Source: Wallemia ichthyophaga EXF-994 (lineage: Eukaryota > Fungi > Basidiomycota). From it: a DNA stretch of 32,000 nt. The number at the start of each line of letters is the position of its first letter. Within the stretch, counting starts at the first letter, position 1. Below, one piece after another: positions 22,207-32,000 of this stretch. The position numbers were made by a program, and so were the translations under genes. The DNA lies in NCBI RefSeq assembly GCF_000400465.1, contig NW_008806276.1, positions 210,001 through 242,000 on the forward strand, given 5' to 3'. The notes beneath the pieces were generated by a model. The model worked only from the letters and a program-made list of their open reading frames with translations, did not search any database and was not told where the DNA came from.

Positions 22207-22698
22207 AAATATCACGTTGTATTTTAAAATCGTTATAATTTTGTTTTCTTAAGGTGTTTGTGATGTAGATATATGCAGGAGGTAGCTCTGCTCTCTCAAA
22301 GCCGGGTGTTAGTAGCCGATGATTCGTCGATCAGCTGATCCTTATCAGCTATATCAGCCATGTATCATTTCCTAATTATCTAACAGACCTTGAGATTAAT
22401 TGAATCTGATATAGCATTTCTATAGGCCAGCAACCAAAGACATCTGCAATTGTGGGCTGAGCTGCGAAAATCTTCTTTTGTTCACACCGCATTAATTATT
22501 CCACACTCGCGAATCTTCGGAAGCTTCCACGGGTATTTTCTTGTCCGTTTTATTGCCTTTGGGAAGAAATGGGTCCCCTAACAATTACTTTTTCAATGGA
22601 CTTTGAGTGGCAAGGGGGCAAAATGAGTTTGTGTATCTTGTAGCATTATAATACACTATAATGCATTAAAATATTAACAAATCAATTAGAAACCAAGT

Positions 22699-22810
22699 CC
22701 GGCGCATCTCCGCTGAGGCTCCGATGCCGCTCCGTAACCGATCTAGTTCCGCTAGAAGGCGAGTATGATATCAGTAGAGTAAGCGAGCCAACTCCGCTAG
22801 AAGGCGAGTA
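22699..22810. promoter_or_regulatory. CCG-triplet array and 18-bp direct repeat upstream of PUT2, candidate Zn(II)2Cys6 binding region
   Basis: CCG at 22699, 22710, 22721 and 22732, and at 22727, 22738 and 22749. TCCGCTAGAAGGCGAGTA at 22748 and 22793. Confidence 0.55.
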
Positions 22811-22887
22811 GATTTTAATTTGGAAGAGACATCCAAGGATTTGCACTCGCCAGTCCTTAGACCTCAACGACCAAATACAAATACAAA

Positions 22888-24728
<1,841 letters not shown>

Positions 24729-24799
24729 GACAGCTAAAATATGATGTATAATGTAATGTAATTGGTTTTGATTGAAAATAACATGGTATAACAAAGCAT

Positions 24800-25327
24800 C
24801 TAAAACAAAGCCTCGAGCGTCATCTGCTTGAGTATATCTGTAGCAGAGACCATATCGGAGAACTCAGCAAAGGAAAGTCTGCCATCGCCATCCTTATCGC
24901 CTTCCATGATAGTCTTGTCTACGATTTGCTGGAGTTGCTGATCACGTAGATTATTTCCAACCATCATTTTAAGGACGATGTAGAGTTCGCCGTTGCTAAT
25001 GTATCCATCGCGATCCATGTCGTACACTTTGAATGCAAACTTGAGCTTCTCATCCCTGCCACCGCGGTTACTGAAAGCGCTCAAACCGCCAACGAATTCC
25101 TGGAAATCAACAGTCCCGCCACCATCCTCGTCGAAAATGGCAATCATTCGATGAGCGAGTGGATTATTGGCTACTTGTGGTATCTGTAGGAACTCCTCGC
25201 GGTCAATAGACCCACTACCGTCTCTATCCAGCTTCATGAAGCGTTTCTTGAGCCGCTGGAGTTCAGCAGCGGTGAAATTAGAGTTGCGTTCCAAGTCTCC
25301 TAGAAGTTGTGAACCTGATTGACCCAT
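24800..25327 (-). CDS. CNB1: Calcineurin B regulatory subunit, intronless
   Basis: MGQSGS myristoylation start, four EF-hand-type loops ([48 protein letters not shown]), [10 protein letters not shown] and NPLAHR. Confidence 0.97.
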   Translation of the reverse strand: MGQSGSQLLGDLERNSNFTAAELQRLKKRFMKLDRDGSGSIDREEFLQIPQVANNPLAHRMIAIFDEDGGGTVDFQEFVGGLSAFSNRGGRDEKLKFAFKVYDMDRDGYISNGELYIVLKMMVGNNLRDQQLQQIVDKTIMEGDKDGDGRLSFAEFSDMVSATDILKQMTLEALF

Positions 25328-25387
25328 TTGAGATTGAGTGCTTTCGTCAAGTCGTCGTAGTTTTGAGAGAGGAAACCAACGACAATC
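25328..25387. promoter_or_regulatory. 60-nt bidirectional spacer CNB1/MSS1
   Basis: Divergent ATGs at 25327 (-) and 25388 (+). Confidence 0.55.
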
Positions 25388-27067
25388 ATGCTGGCTTCGA
25401 TGATTTCGATGGGTTTGAAGAGCGGCGGCCCATCCACGCCCCTCAAGCAGTCCACCTCACAGCTCAAGACGATATTCGCTCTCGCTTCCGCCCCAGGCAA
25501 GGCAGGTATAGCTGTTGTGCGAGTATCTGGACCGGACGTGCGGCGGGTCTACGATGCATTAACGCCAACGCCAACGCACAAGCAACGCAGACTGCCGCAA
25601 GAGCGGGTGATGGTGAACAGAAGCATCGTGAATCCATCGACTAAGGAAGTCATCGACAGGGCGCTGCTGGTGTATTTTGCGGGTGTGTTTTGGTTGTTAA
25701 TGCGCACACACACACTCACACACCCACCCACTCATAGCTCCGCGCTCGTTCACCTCGCAGGATACACTAGAACTGCATCTGCATGGCGGCAACGCCGTCG
25801 TGGGGGCAGCGCTCAACGCAATCGCTTGTATAGACGGTTGCAGACCAGCTGAGAGGGGTGAATTTGCCAGACGAGCTTTCGAGTCGCATAAATTGGATCT
25901 TACTGAGATCGAAGGATTGAGGGATCTCGTTGATGCTGAAACGGAAATGCAGCGTAGATTGGCATTGCGGCAGTCGAGTGTGCGTCGATTGCTTGTTATT
26001 GTCTTGGTATATCTTACGCGGATCAGGGCGCTGTTAGACAGCAATACGACGATATGCGCTTGGATATCATTCACGCACTCTCCATCGTGGAAGCCGTGAT
26101 AGATTTTGGGGAAGATGAGCAGATTGAGGAAGGCGTTTTAAGTCAAGGTAGGTGTGTGTGTGTGAGGTGATAATGTCTAACACTTGCACCTTCTTTGCAC
26201 TTGATTCAGCCACGCAAAACACGCGTGATCTCGCCGCTAAAATCGAGAAACACCTCCATGATAACAGAAGAGGTGAAATTGTTCGCAGCGGGATTCGTTT
26301 GGCGATTTACGGCCCTCCTAACGCGGGGAAATCAACACTACTCAATCGCTTGGCTAGAAGAGAGGCTGCTATAGTATCACATCTCCCAGGTACTACACGC
26401 GACGTTATCCAACTTAGTCTCAATTTGGGTGGATATCCTGTCTTGGTTTCCGACACAGCCGGCGTGCGCACGACGGATGAAGAAATTGAGCAAATGGGTG
26501 TTAAAAGGGCTGTAGAAGAGTAGGTTGCGTTGTGATGTTCAAATCATCCACTGATTCGCTATCAGAGCCCGCCAGGCAGATATCACACTCGTCGTTCTTG
26601 ACTTGCCTGTTTTATTACAGGAGGGTAGACTTGATGTGGATTTGAAACACATTTCCAAAGACTCAATCGTACTTTTAAATAAATCAGACAGTCTCACCGC
26701 CCCATTGAATCAGACACAACTTGATAAAGTGAAGAAGCTGCTAGAACCATTTGAGAATGTGTTTGCTGGCAGTGTCAAGCAGGAGGCGGCTTTAGAGGAG
26801 TTTTTATTCACTTTAACAAACAATATCAAGCAGCAATTCGATATAGGTATGGCTGACATGCCAATCATCACAGATGCTAGACATCGATACCATCTCGAGC
26901 AGTGTCTGCAATTCCTCAAGGCTTTCATAGGCACACCCTCGAATGCGCCTGTAGAAGCTGCAGAGGAGCTGCGTTATGCCGCACTTGCGTTGGGTAGGGT
27001 GACTGGGAGAGTTGACGTGGAGGACGTATTAGACGCACTCTTTGCGGGTTTTTGCATCGGCAAGTAA
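25388..27067 (+). CDS. MSS1: Mitochondrial tRNA modification GTPase Mss1/GTPBP3 (MnmE), 5 exons
   Basis: [61 protein letters not shown]1 GPPNAGKS, G2 PGTTRD, G3 DTAG, G4 NKSD and the terminal FCIGK. First intron 25683-25737 plus three more. Confidence 0.95.
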
Positions 27068-27184
27068 ATGTAAACAAACAAAAGTAAAAGGAAACACCAT
27101 TTAAACGACCATTACAAGCTCCCTCTCGAAAATTAACAAAAATTCCGTAGGTGTAGCGTGCGCATGCATAACGACTGTAATAAT

Positions 27185-27841
27185 CTAGAAGAGACGGTGA
27201 GCCTTACCCATAGTGCTCTTGATGTGAAGAGACTTGACGTTTTGCCAGTTCTTCTTAAGAAGAGAAACGAGGAAGTTTACAGCAAGCATAATGTTTGCGA
27301 CGAGCTCATCCTCGGACATGGTAACGTGACCAACGGCGACAGCCAAACAGAGAACCTTCTTAAGTTGGAACTTGATGGTTGACTTGACTTCGGTGGTCTT
27401 CTTCTCGAGGTCCTCTGAGTGAGAGACTGGGGTTGGGAACTTACCAGCCTTAGACAAACCAGGACCAAGCAAACGAGGAATCTGCTTGATGAGAGCCTCG
27501 GAAGCGACGAAAGCATCGTACTTCTTTGCGAGCTTCTTGACGAGCTTCTTGTTCTTGTTGAGCTTCTTCAAATCTTCAACAGACATGAACTCAAGGCCCA
27601 TAAGCTTAGCACGATCGATATCGGCAGCGTCACCAAGAAGGCAGAGAGCCATTCTAGGTCTTGGGACGTGTGGAAGCTTGATAGTACCAGAGAAACGCTT
27701 GTCTCTTTGTGGGTCGTAGTTCTTGAGACCAATTTGGAGCTCAACGGTCTCGACAAAGTTTCTCTTGTTCTCAGGCTTAGCACTTTGCTCAAGTACGTCC
27801 TTGACCTGCGCACGGACTGTGGAAGTTGGTAACTTGCTCAT
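27185..27841 (-). CDS. RPL1: 60S ribosomal protein uL1 (L1/L10a), intronless
   Basis: [61 protein letters not shown] and KKNWQNV. Confidence 0.98.
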   Translation of the reverse strand: MSKLPTSTVRAQVKDVLEQSAKPENKRNFVETVELQIGLKNYDPQRDKRFSGTIKLPHVPRPRMALCLLGDAADIDRAKLMGLEFMSVEDLKKLNKNKKLVKKLAKKYDAFVASEALIKQIPRLLGPGLSKAGKFPTPVSHSEDLEKKTTEVKSTIKFQLKKVLCLAVAVGHVTMSEDELVANIMLAVNFLVSLLKKNWQNVKSLHIKSTMGKAHRLF

Positions 27842-27870
27842 AGTGGTCGTCGTGAAGAGAGAAGGCGAGG

Positions 27871-27902
27871 TGAAAATTGGTCAAATTTGAAGTTTGAAAA
27901 TT
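27871..27902. promoter_or_regulatory. Two RRPE-like TGAAAATT motifs in the RPL1/SPB1 divergent spacer
   Basis: TGAAAATT at 27871 and 27895. Only a partial match to the yeast RRPE (TGAAAAWTTT). Confidence 0.35.
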
Positions 27903-28044
27903 GGAGTGTATGTGGGGGGATTGGGAGGGATATTTTAATTAGAATGGGGGTTTTATATATCTACTCACTGACAACAGAAATTCCGCAACTTACAAACCAA
28001 TTTACACCTATTCACAACCCCTTGCATCCCAACACCCACTCAAA

Positions 28045-30785
28045 ATGGGAAAATTCCTAAAGAAACATGCAAAAGGCAGAATTGACAAGTACTATCGTAT
28101 GGCCAAAGATCGTGGCTATCGAAGCCGTGCTTACTTCAAGCTGGCTGAGCTGAATAAGCGCTTTAACTTTATCGAGAAGAGTCGCATAGCTGTGGATTTA
28201 GGTGCAGCTGTTAGTATTCACTATTGATTTTCAATCAACGCTAATAAAAATAAAGCCTGGGTCTTGGTTACAGAATTTATCGAGTAGTATGCCTCATGGT
28301 TCTCTTATCATTGGTGGGCATTTCCATTGAATTCAAGTGAAGGCTTATAACTTTATAGGTGTTGATTTGGTTCCTATTGTTCCTATTCCACGTGTTACTA
28401 CCTTTGTTGCTGACTTAACAACTCAACATTGCAAGCAACTCATTACCAATGAAATGAAGGGAAACCTCGCTGACTTGGTTGTCCACGACGGTGCTCCTAA
28501 CGTTGGTGCTGCTTGGTTACAGGACGCTTTCGCTCAAAATGAGCTTGTACTCGCTAGTTTGAAGATTGCTGCTGAAATTCTTGAAAAGGGCGGTACTTTC
28601 GTCACAAAAGTGTTCAGATCAAAGGATTACAATAACCTCATGTGGGTTTTCAATCAACTCTTCAAAAACGTGAACGCAACAAAGCCAAACAGCTCTAGAT
28701 TGGTTTCTGCTGAGTTATTCGTCGTTTGTCAAGATTTTATTGCTCCTCAAAAGCTCGATCCTCGCTTCTTAGATCCTAAATACGTTTTCAAAGATATCGC
28801 TGCACTTGCTTCCGATTCTGGTAAAGGTTCTGCTGCTGCAAACGCTCACGCCAATGTCTTTATGCCTGAGAAGAAGACAAGAAAGAGGGAAGGTTATGAG
28901 GAAGGCAATTACCTTCAATTCAAAGCAATCAGTGCAACTGATTTCATCGAAAGCACTGAACCTGTCACAATACTTGGTACTCACAACGCAATAACCTTCA
29001 AATCAAAGGAAGATAAGAAGTTGTTGAAAAATGAAGACACCACCGATGACATTAAAGCTAATTGCGAAGATCTCAAAGTGTTAGGAAAGAAAGAATTTAA
29101 ACAACTAATGAAATGGAGACTAATTATACGCGAAGAGATGGGTCTCGAAGTTAGAAAGAAAGACATTAAAGAAGACGTTGACGATGCAGGTCAGTCAAAG
29201 GTTGAAGAGCATCCAATGAATCAAGATGAGCAAATAGCTGAGGAGATTGAGCGTATAGAAAACGAAGACTCAGCCCGTGCTAGAAAAGAACGTAGAAGAC
29301 GCAATGAGAAGCGTGCAAGGGAAGTTCAACGTATGCAGCTTAAGATGGGTGCACCACTTGATATCGGTTTGGAACAAGATGAACAGCTCCAAGATGATGT
29401 CTACCTCCCAGGCAACAAATCTAAACAGGACATGTTTGATTTGAAGCACTCTCAAAAACACATTAAAGGACGCAATCTCGATGAAATGGATGAGGATGAT
29501 GCATCTTCTGAAGAAGAAATCGAAGCTCCAAAATTCGAAGATGCTTATGAAGATGAGGAAGACAAGGTCGTTCGTCTTGAATCTCAAATGGATGGTATGT
29601 ATGAAAAGTACCAAGAAAAACTGCAAGACAGAGACCGTAAGCATCAAGTAAAGGAGGCACGTCGGAAAGATAAGAATAGAGAGGCTTGGGGTGGTATTCC
29701 TCGTCGTGGCGATGACGATGATGAGGATGATGATGATGAAGAGAATGAAGAAGAGGAAGAAGAGGAGTCTGAAGGAGAACACGGCTACGATGCTAAAGAA
29801 AAACGTAGCATGCAGCTTGACCAAGACTCGTCCGATGAAGAGGAGGAAAATGCCGGAAAGTCTAAGAAGTCAACAAAAAAACCGAAGAAAGCAGACAATG
29901 CTCAAGATGAAGCCGCTGCTAGTGTTTGGTTCGGTAATCCACTCTTCAATGGTGCTGATGGTATTGACGAAGAAAGCGAGGAGGAAGAAGACGACAAGCA
30001 ATCTGAGGATGAGTCAATGGAGGAAGACGAGAAACCCCAACAAGACAAAGAAGAGGACGAAGAATCTGACGGATTTGAAGTAGTACCTCAAGAAGACGAC
30101 GGTCAAATGTGGGATGTCGACGATGAGGATCAAGATGCAGTTCGTCAAAAGCGTATCGAAGGTGTGTATAGCGTAATCTTGCATTACTGTACTGACCATT
30201 TTAGACACTGGATTAATTACTGAAGAGGCTATGTCGATGGCTTACCGTTTGAAGAATGGTATGACCACCAAGCAGCAGCTTATAGATGATGGTTTCAACA
30301 AAAACGCCACTAACGATAGAGAGAATCTGCCTGATTGGTTCACCTCGGACGAGCGTAAGAACTACAAGGTCCACGTACCGATCACCAAGGAAGCAGTCGA
30401 CGCTTTGAAGGCTAGACAGAGAGCTATTGACGCACGTCCAATTAAGAAACTTGCTGAAGCGAAAGCCAAGAAGAAGTACAAGGCAACAAAGGCTGCTGAA
30501 AAGGCTGCGGCCAAGGCTGAGACTGTGATGGAGAATCAAGAGCTCACTGAAAAAGAGAAAGCTATGGGTGTACAGAAGATGATCAACAAGACGAAAGCCA
30601 ACGCTAACAAGAAGCGTGAAGTGAAGCTTGTTGTTGCTAAAGGTGCAGCTAAGGGTGTGAAGGGACGTCCAAAGGGAGTTAGTGGACGTTATAGAATGGT
30701 GGATAGGCGTTTCAAGACAGATATTAGAGGTATGCGCAATGCTAAGAGGCGTGCAGTAAACAACAAGAAACGTCGTAATGGTTAG
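28045..30785 (+). CDS. SPB1: AdoMet-dependent pre-rRNA 2'-O-methyltransferase Spb1/FTSJ3, 4 exons
   Basis: Introns 28210-28255, 28314-28358 and 30162-30204. [42 protein letters not shown] and SAELF (K-D-K-E tetrad). C-terminal LPDWF..DE and GRYRMVDRR. Confidence 0.96.
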
Positions 30786-30843
30786 TAAATTGTATAATAG
30801 GGATAATTCAAGAATATATTTATTTATATCCATTACAATCATC

Positions 30844-32000
30844 ATGATTGACGGGCTTATTGTTTTGAACAAGGATGGGTAGGGGAATAGCAAGATATGG
30901 AATTTGTTCTAAATTTTTGTAGAAATGCGTTGCTGCACTCGAGCTTTAAGCAACCAAGCTTTTACCCAGCTATACACATTGACACATACAACTACAAGCA
31001 ACCAATTGAGCCTTTTTTCACAGTAGATACACCCCCAAATGGATCATTTAGTAGTTTTATACGGGTCAATGATATCGTAATCTTATGTCCATTCAATAAG
31101 AATGGTACGTGAAATGCTTAGCGCTGTCTCGACATCTAAATAAGCCCAGTGGACCTGTCGATCCCAATATCGTTCATTCAATTAACTATTAAGCTGCTAG
31201 TTGATTACTTTGGCAAGCTCAATGAGTCTGTAGTACGCGATAACTTTGACATCATCTACCAGGTTGGTGTTATACTGTTGCAAACAAAGCCCACAACTGA
31301 GTTTTATAGCTTATGGAAGAAATACTCGATAATGGCTTCCCTGTTACCACGGAAACTGCCGTTTTGAGCGATATCGTCGTTCCGCCTTCGACGCTGTCCA
31401 AGCTCATGTCGTCAGCTGGAATGAATGTGAAGAGGTTAGCGGGTGTGTTTGGGTGTTAATATTTCGCTTACGCTCATCAGTCAACCAAACGTTAGACCTT
31501 ACGCATCGCCAATCACATGGAGGAAGGCGGGCGTCAAGCACAATAACAATGAAATATTCTTCAATGTTATCGAGTCGATAGATGCGATTGTTGATAAGCA
31601 CGGAAATGCAGTCATGGCTGAGATCAATGGACAAATTGAGTGTGATTCGAGACTGTCTGGTGGGTAAAGCCGAGATATCTGACATAATTCTCATCATTGC
31701 GTCAAGGCACTCCCGACATACTATTAACATTGAAGAATTCCACTTCGATTGAAAAAACATCCCAGCATGCATGCATAAGGTAGATAGAAAACGTCTCTAT
31801 TATGAATAACACTCAAACCTTTCCACAGATACCAGCGTTGGATTAGAGAACGCGTTCTCTCATTCGTTCCACCAGACGGCCGTTTTAGATTGATTTCCTT
31901 CGAACCTAAAGTGAAACCTCGCTTGCCGATAAGCAGTAAATGCTCGATGAAGGTGTCCCCCTATGAAGGTAAGAAAGCTGTTTTGTTTGAGTGGATTGGT
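30844..32000 (+). CDS. APM3: Adaptor complex medium chain, AP-3 mu type, 3'-truncated, at least 7 exons
   Basis: Spliced segments MIDGLIVLNKDG, LLVDYFGKLNESVVRDNFDIIYQLMEEILDNGFPVTTE, ITWRKAGVKHNNNEIFF, SRLSGTPDI and LSFVPPDGRFRLI. The WRxAGVKxxNNE pattern fits mu3. Confidence 0.85.

Noticed and set aside
22329-22340. 12-bp palindrome GATCAGCTGATC with nearby GATA-like sites
   Set aside because: It lies about 550 nt from the PUT2 ATG and close to the SRP54 3' end. It is a single occurrence and GATA cores are too frequent to be informative.
27914-27950. G-quadruplex in the RPL1/SPB1 spacer (G6, G3, G3, G5)
   Set aside because: The last loop is 16 nt, and the G tracts are explained by the C-rich promoter composition of the opposite strand.

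Overview
Eukaryotic, very gene-dense fungal genomic DNA. Introns are short (about 43-66 nt) GT-AG with donors such as GTGCGT/GTGAGT/GTACGT, and several intergenic gaps are only 29-70 nt. This architecture fits a compact basidiomycete genome, Wallemia-like by inference only. I reconstructed 18 protein-coding genes by hand splicing: a partial unknown gene, RRP36, RNA14, an intronless orphan, NAS6, a CBM48 plus LEA-like repeat protein, an NT5C-like HAD hydrolase, HOM2, SAM synthetase, a CPS1-like M20 peptidase, a GPI-type aspartic protease, SRP54, PUT2, CNB1, MSS1, RPL1, SPB1 and a partial AP-3 mu subunit. There is also one intron-containing tRNA-Arg(UCU) and a ~1.6 kb AT-rich relic whose reading frames are broken mainly by TGA. 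No CRISPR array, rRNA or recognisable transposon was seen. The leads most worth testing are: (1) a SAM synthetase intron with an aberrant donor whose alternative outcomes all give premature stops, in a gene that shares a 67-nt head-to-head spacer with HOM2; (2) a glycogen-binding module fused to LEA-like 11-mer repeats; (3) an 11-bp-phased CCG array in the PUT2 promoter; (4) a possible read-through unit RNA14-orphan-NAS6; (5) the TGA-interrupted relic together with a TAG-dominated stop-codon set. All exon boundaries are manual and lack transcript support.
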